This document shows positions 38,890 through 48,453 of a stretch of DNA of 64,000 bases, one piece after another. The stretch comes from Candidatus Cloacimonadales bacterium (GTDB lineage: Bacteria > Cloacimonadota > Cloacimonadia > Cloacimonadales > DAONDQ01), in the NCBI GenBank assembly GCA_963662275.1, contig OY759316.1, forward strand, positions 4,192,001-4,256,000, given 5' to 3'. The translations under genes and the position numbers were made by a program. The notes under the pieces are model-generated. The model was not told the DNA's origin. It searched no databases and worked only from the letters and a program-made list of their open reading frames with translations. Position 1 is the stretch's first letter. Every line of letters begins with the position of its first letter.

Positions 38890-39786
38890 TTAATTAACTT
38901 CCTGTTGTGATACTTGATTCCTGGAAGCTACAGGCAATTTCTGATATAAATAAACACTGACAGGATAAAGGATAAGTGCTGTCAAAATTCCTGCAATTAC
39001 GTCAATAAAGTAATGATAATGGGCATGAACCGTAGAGAGACATAGCATTAGAGTGACGGGTATCATGCAATAGCCTACATATTTCACATAGCGAATTGCA
39101 GCAAGTGTAATGACGATTGATATCGCCACATGCGAACTGGGAAAAGCTCCTCCTAAATGAGGAGATTTGTTATAAATGAAAGCCATTATTCTAGTAAAAA
39201 TCCCATACTGATATGTCGTACTGGCTTGCATAGCCTCGGGATAAAATCTCCCACCAATGACAGGCAGCCATGAATAAATGAAGTAACAGAAATAAAAAAC
39301 GAAAGTGATTGCAAACAGTGTCTCATGAAAAGCGGTTCTTTTTTTGACATATAAATAAATGGGAATAGCTGCAATCATTAGATAATAGGAAAAATAGGAA
39401 AAATGAGATAGTTCCTGTATCAAATAACCGGAGTACATTTTCCCCCAAAGCAAAGCAGGCTGGAATCCGAATATAGCCTGGTCTATATTTTGGAAGAATG
39501 GATCAAGGAAATTACGAAAGATTATATGATTAACACTTGAGGTAGACTCAAAAAAATAACCGAAAAGAAAGATGGGATAAGCATAACGGATGAATCTTAA
39601 TAAAGTTGAAGAATATTGTTGTTCCATCCATATCACGAGCAGAATTCCCACACCTATGTTGAAATATCTGAGCAAATGGGTTAATGAAGATTCAGCTCTT
39701 GTCCAGCCTATACTCACATAAACCAGGTTCCACAAGATTAGGGCAAAGTTGAGATAATCAATTCCTATAAAGGCTTTTTTTCTCAT
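38890..39786 (-). CDS. PAP2-superfamily membrane phosphotransferase, Aur1/Ipt1-like
   Basis: IDQAIFG, FSYFSYY, GGAFPSSHVA, HYHYFIDVIAG. Confidence 0.8.
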   Translation of the reverse strand: MRKKAFIGIDYLNFALILWNLVYVSIGWTRAESSLTHLLRYFNIGVGILLVIWMEQQYSSTLLRFIRYAYPIFLFGYFFESTSSVNHIIFRNFLDPFFQNIDQAIFGFQPALLWGKMYSGYLIQELSHFSYFSYYLMIAAIPIYLYVKKRTAFHETLFAITFVFYFCYFIYSWLPVIGGRFYPEAMQASTTYQYGIFTRIMAFIYNKSPHLGGAFPSSHVAISIVITLAAIRYVKYVGYCMIPVTLMLCLSTVHAHYHYFIDVIAGILTALILYPVSVYLYQKLPVASRNQVSQQEVN

Positions 39787-40901
39787 ATCTTGCTATCTAA
39801 AATCCTGAATTTCTTATAGGCACGTGCCATTAAATCTACGGCAATCTGATTCATCATTGTATTTGTTTCCAATACCCATGAATATTCACCTTGGTAGAAG
39901 CCCTTTTTGTGACCATTGATGAAAGAATGATAGTAAAACATAATATCAATTCCTCGGTTCTGGAATTCTTTCACAACCCCCATTGTAAGAACTCTGGCTC
40001 TTCCCAGTTTCTTTGGGAAGAATTTCGTATAATACAACATCCAGAAAATACCTAGAGGAGTAATCCTGCCATTGAACTTCTTTAAGATAACATTATAGTC
40101 AGGCAGACCAACACAAAAACCTGCTGGTTTTCCATCCACTTCCGCAATGAATACCATCTCCGGATCAACGATCGGTAATAATGTTGCTACCAAATGATCA
40201 AATTCCTTCTTTGTCATTGGAACAAAGCCCCAGTTTCTTTCCCAGGCAGCCTGGTACACCGTGAAAACAGTTTCAATATCATGTTTCAAGTCTTTTTTAT
40301 TTAATGTCCTTATTGTGAAGGTGTTCTTTCTTTCGATCATTTTTGCCAATCTGATAAGTCTTTCAGGTACTTCCAATGTTTCAGTCAGCCAAGCATTGAG
40401 ATCCATTGCTTTCACAAATCCAGCTTTTTCTATAAGACCAAGGTAGTAGGGATGATTGTGAACCATCATGACAAAAGGAGGTGTGTCAAAACCTTCAATG
40501 AGAAGCCCACATTCATCATTGGTTGAAAGATTCATTGGTCCGCGGAGTGTATCCATCCCATGTTTGCAATTCCAATCCTTGGCTGTTTCTAATAAGGCAT
40601 CTGCCACTTTCTGATCATTGATGCATTCAAAGAAGCCAAAGAAGCCAACTTTGTCTTCATGGAATTTGTTATGCTGAGTATTGGTATGGGCAGAGATACG
40701 TCCTACGACTTTCCCCTTGCTGATAGCTAGGAATAATTGGACTTCTGAATGTTCATAGTAGGGATTTTCCAATGGATTGAAGTATTTCATTTGTTCAGAA
40801 ATCATGGGTGCAACCCAGTTGGGATCTTTCTTGTACAAGGAAAAAGGTAAGAGGATGAATTGTTTTAACTGCTGCTTTGTTGTTACGGGAATGATTTGCA
40901 T
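39783..40901 (-). CDS. Tandem-GNAT N-acyltransferase resembling bacterial ceramide synthase / YghO
   Basis: DPNWVAP, NPYYEH, VVGRISA, GFFGFFEC, GPMNLSTNDECGLLIEGFDTPP, NWGFVP, EYSWVLETN. Confidence 0.8.
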   Translation of the reverse strand: MQIIPVTTKQQLKQFILLPFSLYKKDPNWVAPMISEQMKYFNPLENPYYEHSEVQLFLAISKGKVVGRISAHTNTQHNKFHEDKVGFFGFFECINDQKVADALLETAKDWNCKHGMDTLRGPMNLSTNDECGLLIEGFDTPPFVMMVHNHPYYLGLIEKAGFVKAMDLNAWLTETLEVPERLIRLAKMIERKNTFTIRTLNKKDLKHDIETVFTVYQAAWERNWGFVPMTKKEFDHLVATLLPIVDPEMVFIAEVDGKPAGFCVGLPDYNVILKKFNGRITPLGIFWMLYYTKFFPKKLGRARVLTMGVVKEFQNRGIDIMFYYHSFINGHKKGFYQGEYSWVLETNTMMNQIAVDLMARAYKKFRILDSKI

Positions 40902-41524
40902 TAGATCTCTCCTAATCTTTTTGATACAAGGATATTCAAAGAGCCCATGATTAGGGCTGCGATTACTAATGGAAACGTTGGAATAGAAGTTAACGCTTCA
41001 CTTGTATGAGGGATAAATTGTCTGATAGACAAATTCACAAATGCCGGTAGGATGACAATCATGTACTGGCCAAAGCGAATTTGTTTAAAACCGAAGATCA
41101 CGATAAATGCACCAAGAACACTTAATGTCATAGGTAACCAGGCAAAAAATGCAACTAGTCCGATGTATGTGAAAATTCCTCGTCCACCTCTTAAGTGGTG
41201 AGTTAATGGCAAGCAATGTCCAATAAGGACGAAGATACCAAAAAGTACCATGTCATTAGTTTGAGTTAAGGGCTCAGCTATAAATCCTAGAGCAAATTTA
41301 AGGACTAATAAAAAAACATAAGTTTTAGCAACATCAATCGCTCCAACCAGAATGCCGAGTATTTTACTGACATTTGTATAGATGTTTTCTGTATCAGCCA
41401 GTCCACTACCGATTCTATCCAAGTTTAGATTTCGATAGGTACGGGCTATAAACCTGGATGTTGAAGCGCAGCCAAACAGATATGAAAGCAGACAAACACC
41501 GATTATAATTAGAACATTAATCAA
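40901..41524 (-). CDS. PlsY-like acyltransferase paralog with altered motifs
   Basis: SYLFG, GSG, DVAK, IGHCLP, RGGRG; canonical motif-1 Arg and motif-3 HxxNIxR absent; TTG start. Confidence 0.75.
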   Translation of the reverse strand: MINVLIIIGVCLLSYLFGCASTSRFIARTYRNLNLDRIGSGLADTENIYTNVSKILGILVGAIDVAKTYVFLLVLKFALGFIAEPLTQTNDMVLFGIFVLIGHCLPLTHHLRGGRGIFTYIGLVAFFAWLPMTLSVLGAFIVIFGFKQIRFGQYMIVILPAFVNLSIRQFIPHTSEALTSIPTFPLVIAALIMGSLNILVSKRLGEI

Positions 41525-42232
41525 TTATGCTCCTTTGCCATATTCACGTGGACCGAAGATTGCACTGCCAACTCGAATGATATTTGCACCTTCTTCAATA
41601 GCAATTTCAAAATCATCTGACATTCCCATAGATAGATAATCCATGTCAACATCAGAAATGTGTAAGGATTGAATTTCGTCAAAGAGGTTTTTCATTTTTT
41701 TAAAAAATGGTCTTACAATTTCAGGATCAGGACTGAATAAACCGATCGTCATCAAACCTCTGATATGGAGATGAGGTAGCCTGGCAATGCTTTTCACTAA
41801 CGATATTGTATCTTCTGGATTAATTCCACTTTTAGAAGTTTCTCCTGTGATATTGACCTCAATCAGGATATCTTGTTTCTTACCTAGCTTTTCTATACTC
41901 GTATTCAAGCTGGAAGCTAATTGCATTGAATCAATGGAATGAATCAGGATAGGGTTCAGTTTCATTAATTTGTTGATTTTATTGGATTGAAGATGACCGA
42001 TAAAATGAAATTCAGGATGTGGTTCTAATAAATAAGGAATCTTTGTTTCTGCTTCTTGGACTTTGTTTTCACCAATCGCTGTTATACCGGCATTGATTGC
42101 TTCCCTGATCATTTCTACTGGATGCGTTTTAGAAACAACGACCAGTTTGATATTATCTATACTCCTGCTACTTTTTTCAGCAGCTCTTTGTATTCTCTTG
42201 TTTACCATGAGTATATTCTGGGCAATTTCCAT
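41525..42232 (-). CDS. yggS: PLP homeostasis protein YggS/PROSC
   Basis: VVSKTH, GENKVQE, HFIGHLQSNK, LSMGMSDD, RVGSAIFG. Confidence 0.97.
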   Translation of the reverse strand: MEIAQNILMVNKRIQRAAEKSSRSIDNIKLVVVSKTHPVEMIREAINAGITAIGENKVQEAETKIPYLLEPHPEFHFIGHLQSNKINKLMKLNPILIHSIDSMQLASSLNTSIEKLGKKQDILIEVNITGETSKSGINPEDTISLVKSIARLPHLHIRGLMTIGLFSPDPEIVRPFFKKMKNLFDEIQSLHISDVDMDYLSMGMSDDFEIAIEEGANIIRVGSAIFGPREYGKGA

Positions 42233-42287
42233 TTTGCCTCCATTCAGATAATGCAAAAAAATGACATACTATGATGTCAAGTAATAC

Positions 42288-42357
42288 GTAGGGATAGACC
42301 CATGTGTCTATCCTCTTATATTATCTGTTTTGGATAGACACATGGGTCTATCCCTAC
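42288..42357. repeat. REPIN-like inverted REP pair
   Basis: GTAGGGATAGACCCATGTGTCTATCC ... GGATAGACACATGGGTCTATCCCTAC; same family as 24153. Confidence 0.85.
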
Positions 42358-42386
42358 ATTTAGTATTAGAGGAAAGGTGTCCTGCT

Positions 42387-43739
42387 CTACTTTCCTATAC
42401 AGAATTCATTAAAGATTTGATGTAACAAATCATCGGTGCTGATGATACCGACTATTTCCTCAAGTGCATGGCTGGCTTCTTTCAAGTCAAAGGCTGTGAA
42501 TTCAAAACCCATTTCATCATCCAACGAAGTAATTGCCTGGTCAATTCCTTGAAGAGCTTTCTGGGCAGCATTGATTTGGCGAGTATTTGTTAATAAACCG
42601 GATTCAATGTTTGATTCTGAAATACGAATTTCTTCTAAAAGTGCTTCCTTTAAATCCAACATGCTTGATTCTGATAATGTGGAACAGGGAATAAATCCTT
42701 CTAAGCGCATTTGATTTAGTTCTGCATCAGAATACAGATCAGATTTATTAAAAACCGGAATAATCTTGGCTAAGCTCAAAACAGGGGTAAAATGATGATA
42801 ACTTGTTTGTTTTACTAGTGGAGAATCAGTGATATATAGAACGATATCGGCATCCTGTGTGATTTTAAGAGTTCTTTCAATTCCCTTTTTTTCAACTTGA
42901 TCATCTGTCGAACGCAAACCAGCCGTGTCAAAGAACCTGACAAGATAACCTTCCATAGAAATTGCTTCTTCCAAAAAGTCTCTTGTTGTACCTGGTACCG
43001 GTGTGACAATAGCACGTTCAGTTTTCAAAAAAGCATTGAAAATACTTGATTTTCCTACATTAGGCTCTCCTGTGAGAACCACTTTCAAGCCTTCCCTAAT
43101 TATCTTTCCCTGTCTTCCTGTCTCGATCAAATCAGAAAGTTCATTTCTAAATCCATGTAAATTCGTAGCCAGCCGAGTGAGATTTATCTCTGGCTGATCC
43201 TGTTCGAGGAAATCGATCTCCATTTCCAGTTGTTTCCGATAATATGTCAGTTCTTTTAACAGTGCTTTCAATCGATGAAAGAGACTTCCCTCCAATTGAT
43301 TCATAGCACTTCGGTGGGTCATTTTGGTTTGAGAGTGAATCAGATCGTTCACCGCTTCAGCTTTTGTTAGATCCATCTTATGATTGAGAAATGCTCTCAA
43401 CGTAAATTCACCCGGTTTAGCCATTCGGATTTGTTTCAGCAGGATTTCCATCATCAGATTGGCGATATACGGTGAGCCATGCCCTGAAATTTCAACTACG
43501 TCTTCCCCTGTATAACTGTGTGGTTGGCGATAGATCGTTATCATGACTTCATCAAGGATATCACCTTTATCAAGGAAATGAGCGAAGTGGACAGTATGAG
43601 AATGAACCTGTGTCAAATCGTACTTTGATTTGCATGATTTAGAGACAACTTCAAAAGCTTTTGGTCCACTAATGCGTAAAACAAAGATGCTGCTGATACC
43701 GCAGGGAGTAGCGAGGGCAACGATAGTATCATTCAACAT
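42387..43739 (-). CDS. mnmE: tRNA modification GTPase MnmE
   Basis: DTIVALAT, GEPNVGKSS, GTTRD, DTAG, NKSD, FCIGK. Confidence 0.98.
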   Translation of the reverse strand: MLNDTIVALATPCGISSIFVLRISGPKAFEVVSKSCKSKYDLTQVHSHTVHFAHFLDKGDILDEVMITIYRQPHSYTGEDVVEISGHGSPYIANLMMEILLKQIRMAKPGEFTLRAFLNHKMDLTKAEAVNDLIHSQTKMTHRSAMNQLEGSLFHRLKALLKELTYYRKQLEMEIDFLEQDQPEINLTRLATNLHGFRNELSDLIETGRQGKIIREGLKVVLTGEPNVGKSSIFNAFLKTERAIVTPVPGTTRDFLEEAISMEGYLVRFFDTAGLRSTDDQVEKKGIERTLKITQDADIVLYITDSPLVKQTSYHHFTPVLSLAKIIPVFNKSDLYSDAELNQMRLEGFIPCSTLSESSMLDLKEALLEEIRISESNIESGLLTNTRQINAAQKALQGIDQAITSLDDEMGFEFTAFDLKEASHALEEIVGIISTDDLLHQIFNEFCIGK

Positions 43740-43751
43740 TTGCGCTGAAAT

Positions 43752-44051
43752 CTATTCCGGAAGTACCAAAGAGCGTTTGGAGGGGTCAGGATTTTGTCTA
43801 TATAGCAAGACTACATTACCAATGATATCCACCTGTGCAGCAGCAGTTAGGTCACAAATTTCCTGGGTGATTGCTTCCTTTTTATCTTGTAAATCTTGGA
43901 AGCGAAGTTTTACTAATTCATGGATTTCCAATGTTTTATCAATTACTTGAATGAGGGTTGAGGTCAAACCATTTTTACCTATCATTACAAAGGGTTTCAA
44001 TGCATTGGCTCGCTTCCTCAGAAAAGATCGCTGATTATTTGTAATGGTCAT
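43752..44051 (-). CDS. yhbY: YhbY/CRM RNA-binding protein
   Basis: LKPFVMIGKNGLT, HELVK, IGNVVLLYR. Confidence 0.92.
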   Translation of the reverse strand: MTITNNQRSFLRKRANALKPFVMIGKNGLTSTLIQVIDKTLEIHELVKLRFQDLQDKKEAITQEICDLTAAAQVDIIGNVVLLYRQNPDPSKRSLVLPE

Positions 44052-44075
44052 TTGCTCTCCATTTTTTGATGGTTT

Positions 44076-45953
44076 CTATTTTTGATCGAAAACGCCTGAA
44101 TCTTGAAGTACTTTATAGATACTTACAGGGGTTAGGTTCAGTAGATTCATTAATTCATCATTCTTGCCGTGTGGGACAAATTTATCAGGATAACCAAAAG
44201 AAATGACTTTTACATTCGAATTCACGTAATAAGACTTAATGGTATCTCCGAAACCGCCTATTAGAGCATTGCTTTCAAATGTCACGATCGTTTCAATTCC
44301 TGCGTTTAATTGTTCAAGTAAGGGTACATCTAGTGGTTTTAGAAATCTGATATTCACAAGAGTGGGATCGAAATCCGGATGCAGTTGGAGGATATAAGAA
44401 AGGACTTCTTCTGCAAGCTGCAGACCATCACCGATACCCAAGAAAGCCACTTTCCTTCCTTCTTTGATGAGTTCTGACTTACCCTTTTCTACTTTAACCA
44501 ATGGGCGGTTCCTTACAGGAGCATTTCCTCGTGGGTAACGAATCACAATAGGTCCTTCCAAGTAGGTAGAAGCATACTCCAGCATCTCAGCAAATTCTAG
44601 ATCATCTGATGGTGCCATGATAAGAAGATTGGGGATAAAATTTGTAAAGGAAAGATCGAAAGCACCGTGATGTGTTGCTCCATCTTCTCCAACCAATCCA
44701 GCCCGATCAAGGCATAATACGATAGGCAATTTCTGGAGTGCTACATCATGAATGAGTTGATCCAAGGCACGTTGTCCAAATGTGGAATATATTGCTACAA
44801 ATGGTTTCATACCTTGTGTGGCAAGACCGGAGGCAAATGTGAGTGCATGTTGTTCCGCAATGCCAACATCAAAGAATTGATGAGGAAATTTCTTCTCGAA
44901 TTGAGACAACCCCGTTCCATCGCACATGGCGGCTGTGATTGCAATGATCTTTGGATGATTCACTGCTAGTTTGCATAGAGTTGAACCTAAAATTGAGGAA
45001 TAAGTGATTCCACCTGGTTTTCTTAATTCACCTGTAAGCGGATCAAAGGGACCGATTCCATGAAATTTTGCTGCATTGCATTCTGCATGTGAATAACCGC
45101 GTCCTTTCTTCGTAACGACATGAATCAGGATAGGACCAACCATATTATTCTTAGCTTTATGAAATATCCTGATCAATCGGGGAATATCATGACCATCTAT
45201 TGGACCTACATATTTGAACCCGTAATCTTCAAAAACGATATTGGGGACAAGAATGTTGATCAGGCTTTCTTCCAGTTTTTGAGCACCTACGATAAATCGC
45301 TTACTGATACTATGAGGAAGATTATGCAAAACATCCCAGACTTGTTTTTTTAATACATTATAATGACGACTGACCAACACGGAAGCCATGTAATTCTGAA
45401 GAGCACCAACGTTTTTGGAAATGGACATTTCGTTATCATTTAAAATAACAATGAGTTTTGACTGTTGTAAGTGACCGGCATGATTAATGGCTTCAAATGC
45501 CATCCCTCCTGTCAAGGCTCCGTCTCCAATAACCGCTACAGTATGTCCGGTTTCACCATTCATTTCCTTTCCGATGGCTATTCCAACTGCAGCCGAGATG
45601 GAAGTACTGCTATGCCCCACACCAAATGAATCATACTTACTTTCAGAACGATTGATGAAACCACTTATACCATCCAATTGACGGAGAGTATGAAAACGTT
45701 CTTTTCTACCTGTCAGTATTTTATAGGCATACGCTTGATGTCCTACATCCCAAACAATACTGTCCTCATCAAGATTAAATACTTTAAGCAGGGCAAGTGT
45801 AAAATCTGTTGCTCCTAAACTGGGTGCAAGATGACCACCGTTCATAGAAGTAACCCTGATCATTTCCTTGCGCAGTTCTTTCGCAAGCAGGGTTAATTCC
45901 TCATAACTTAGGGCATGAACATCATTCGGATGATTTATTCTTTCTAGAATCAT
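44076..45953 (-). CDS. dxs: 1-deoxy-D-xylulose-5-phosphate synthase
   Basis: GGHLAPSLG, WDVGHQ, GDGALTGG, NDNEMSI, GIAEQH, DRAG. Confidence 0.98.
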   Translation of the reverse strand: MILERINHPNDVHALSYEELTLLAKELRKEMIRVTSMNGGHLAPSLGATDFTLALLKVFNLDEDSIVWDVGHQAYAYKILTGRKERFHTLRQLDGISGFINRSESKYDSFGVGHSSTSISAAVGIAIGKEMNGETGHTVAVIGDGALTGGMAFEAINHAGHLQQSKLIVILNDNEMSISKNVGALQNYMASVLVSRHYNVLKKQVWDVLHNLPHSISKRFIVGAQKLEESLINILVPNIVFEDYGFKYVGPIDGHDIPRLIRIFHKAKNNMVGPILIHVVTKKGRGYSHAECNAAKFHGIGPFDPLTGELRKPGGITYSSILGSTLCKLAVNHPKIIAITAAMCDGTGLSQFEKKFPHQFFDVGIAEQHALTFASGLATQGMKPFVAIYSTFGQRALDQLIHDVALQKLPIVLCLDRAGLVGEDGATHHGAFDLSFTNFIPNLLIMAPSDDLEFAEMLEYASTYLEGPIVIRYPRGNAPVRNRPLVKVEKGKSELIKEGRKVAFLGIGDGLQLAEEVLSYILQLHPDFDPTLVNIRFLKPLDVPLLEQLNAGIETIVTFESNALIGGFGDTIKSYYVNSNVKVISFGYPDKFVPHGKNDELMNLLNLTPVSIYKVLQDSGVFDQK

Positions 45954-46096
45954 TGAAGACCTCATCTACTACGAAATAAGATAATGTGATATGAGAAAAA
46001 CAAGGCAACCTTATTGTCAATAAGATAGTTGCTTAAGTTTTATGCAACTGATAACTCATTGGAAGAGAGAAGATAAGATGCGAGAATAAATTAAAA

Positions 46097-46136
46097 AAAA
46101 AGAACCGCAAGAAAGAACAGTTTTCCTGCAGTTCTG
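46097..46136 (-). terminator. Probable intrinsic terminator of the DUF2147 gene
   Basis: AGAACCGCAAGAAA/TTTCCTGCAGTTCT imperfect stem with an A tract on the left. Confidence 0.5.
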
Positions 46137-46173
46137 TAGTCGTCGTTTGATAAGTGATTTCTTTATGAACCTG

Positions 46174-46614
46174 TTACTTCGCCCTTAACCACGTTTCTGT
46201 TCGTCCTAAAAGACTAACTCCAATAAAGCCGCGTAAAAGCATTGTATTTTTATCTTTCAGTTTGATTGTACATTTGTAAGTATTTCCGCTTTTAGGATCA
46301 TAGATGTTTCCACCTGTCCATTCATTATTGCCCTTGGCTAACAAATTCACTAAAATTACCATACCTAGACGTTTCCTATTGTGCAATTCAGGTTTTGGAT
46401 TCTTGGGATCTGCTTTAATATTACCTTTTTCATCTAATGGTGTTTTTAACCAAGTGATTTTACCTTGAAATTCATTTCCAACTTTGTAGATTTCAACTGT
46501 ACTTTCTTTCCCTGATGTCCACCAAGTACCCAAGATGGAATCAGTTGCTTTTGCCTCCTGCGCAAGCATAAATAATGGTATGATGAGCAGTAATATACTT
46601 AGATAGGTTTTCAT
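46174..46614 (-). CDS. DUF2147 family secreted protein
   Basis: ILGTWWT, DPKNP, GGNIYDPKSGNTY, LRGFIGVSLLGRTETW. Confidence 0.92.
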   Translation of the reverse strand: MKTYLSILLLIIPLFMLAQEAKATDSILGTWWTSGKESTVEIYKVGNEFQGKITWLKTPLDEKGNIKADPKNPKPELHNRKRLGMVILVNLLAKGNNEWTGGNIYDPKSGNTYKCTIKLKDKNTMLLRGFIGVSLLGRTETWLRAK

Positions 46615-46860
46615 GATGAACTCCTTATTCTATTTGTTGAGCATGATTCAAGTTTATCATTTGAACTTCTATGTAAAGAAATTTTTACGAATACCAATAC
46701 TCACCACGATCTTCCAGTTTTTCCTAGCAATTTTCTAAATTGACGATAATCGAAGTATTTTTTATTTTGTAATTGGTTTGAACTTTGCATATATCTATTA
46801 TCCGCAAAGTAAATATATAAAAAAAATCTTAAGAAAAGAAATCCAAGGAGAATTGGCATT

Positions 46861-48255
46861 ATGAAATTATATCCTATTGTTCTTTTTTTATTCGTCGTTG
46901 TAACGATACTAACTATTTCGTTATTTACTTCTGATTTAAAAGCAGCTAATAATTCAGGTGGTATGGTCAAAATTATTCCACACTACAGAACGAATGGTAC
47001 GGTAAATTTCCAAGTTCTGACTGTTACAAATCATGGAACGTATACTCCTCGTAATATTGGAGCTATATGGGTGACGACAGAAAGTGGGACGTTTGTTAAA
47101 ACATTGCAACGGTGGGGCAATTCATATCTTCAATTCCTAACAAAATGGCATTCTTTCACTGCGAGCGGAAATGTTACCGGAGCCATCACTGGAGCAACTA
47201 AGAGTAATCACACAGCAGTACATAATTTAAATTGGAATTGCACAAATACCAGCAACGTAGAAGTCCCTGATGGTAATTATAAGATATGGGTTGAATACAC
47301 TGAATCAAATGGTACCGGTCCCAATACTTTCGTTACTTTTACGAAGGGTGCAGGCACTCAGCATGTCACTCCAGCAAATTTAAATTATTTTCATGATCTC
47401 TTGTTAGATTTTACTCCAACTATTGTCATAAGTGCTCCTTCTAATTTACAGTCTACCTTCACAGCACCTAATAATGTAAATTTATCCTGGTCTGCTCCTT
47501 CAGCTCCTTATGGTATGACTTCCTATAAAGTGTATCGAGATAATGTTTTGGTTATGATGATCACTCCAGCCACAACTACTACATATACAGATAACCCATC
47601 TTCTGGAACACATAGTTATTATGTAACTGCTGTATTTGGTACTACAGAATCAGCACAGTCTAATACTATCACTGTTGATGCCACACCAATTATCGTTGGA
47701 CCTCCTCTTGGTTTAGAAGCCATTATCTCTTCTCCCAATAATGTAAATTTAACATGGTCTGCTCCTACATCCATTACAGGACTGACTTTGTATAAGGTAT
47801 ATCGGGATGGAACGATGATTATATCAGTTACCCCCCCAATAACATCATACGCTGATACACCTTCACTCGGAGACCATTCATACTATGTTACTGCCATGTT
47901 CGGTGAGACAGAATCGAATGCTTCAAATATTGTACCCGTTACTATTACAGCCAACCAGGATGATGTTGAATTACCGGGAATGACTACTTTAAAGGGGAAC
48001 TATCCAAATCCTTTTAATCCTGAAACCAATATCAGTTTTTCTTTGGCAAAAAGCCAAGAAGTACGTCTCTCAATTTATAACTTCAAAGGTCAAAAAGTGA
48101 AAGACCTTACGAAGGGAAATATGACTGCTGGTCTTCACGTAGTTTCATGGAATGGAACGGATGATCATGGTAACATCGTTGCCAGTGGTATTTATTTCTG
48201 TAAACTGGAGACAAATCATCAGACTTTCATGAAAAAGATGATTATGCTTAAATAA
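46861..48255 (+). CDS. DUF2271-like domain + 2 Fn3 + FlgD-Ig/T9SS-type C-terminal domain protein
   Basis: AIWVTTESGTFVKTL, AITGAT, VPDGNYKIWVE; YKVYRD x2; NYPNPFNP...SGIYF...KKMIMLK. Confidence 0.8.
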   Translation: MKLYPIVLFLFVVVTILTISLFTSDLKAANNSGGMVKIIPHYRTNGTVNFQVLTVTNHGTYTPRNIGAIWVTTESGTFVKTLQRWGNSYLQFLTKWHSFTASGNVTGAITGATKSNHTAVHNLNWNCTNTSNVEVPDGNYKIWVEYTESNGTGPNTFVTFTKGAGTQHVTPANLNYFHDLLLDFTPTIVISAPSNLQSTFTAPNNVNLSWSAPSAPYGMTSYKVYRDNVLVMMITPATTTTYTDNPSSGTHSYYVTAVFGTTESAQSNTITVDATPIIVGPPLGLEAIISSPNNVNLTWSAPTSITGLTLYKVYRDGTMIISVTPPITSYADTPSLGDHSYYVTAMFGETESNASNIVPVTITANQDDVELPGMTTLKGNYPNPFNPETNISFSLAKSQEVRLSIYNFKGQKVKDLTKGNMTAGLHVVSWNGTDDHGNIVASGIYFCKLETNHQTFMKKMIMLK

Positions 48256-48262
48256 CAATTCC

Positions 48263-48365
48263 GTAGAGCAGGACTCCGATCTTGCTCTTTTTTTGTAGGG
48301 GTCCGCGTCAGCAGACCCGCTCAATCTTTGATTATTTGATTGGGTCTGCTGACGCGGACCCCTAC
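48263..48365. repeat. REP plus REPIN-like inverted pair
   Basis: GTAGAGCAGGACTCCGATCTTGCTC; GTAGGGGTCCGCGTCAGCAGACCC ... GGGTCTGCTGACGCGGACCCCTAC. Confidence 0.85.
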
Positions 48366-48453
48366 AATAATAAATACCTATTTTTTTCATTGTAAAAAAA
48401 AGAACCATTTGATAATTGGGAACATAGAAGATTAGCAAACAAATAAGGAGCTT

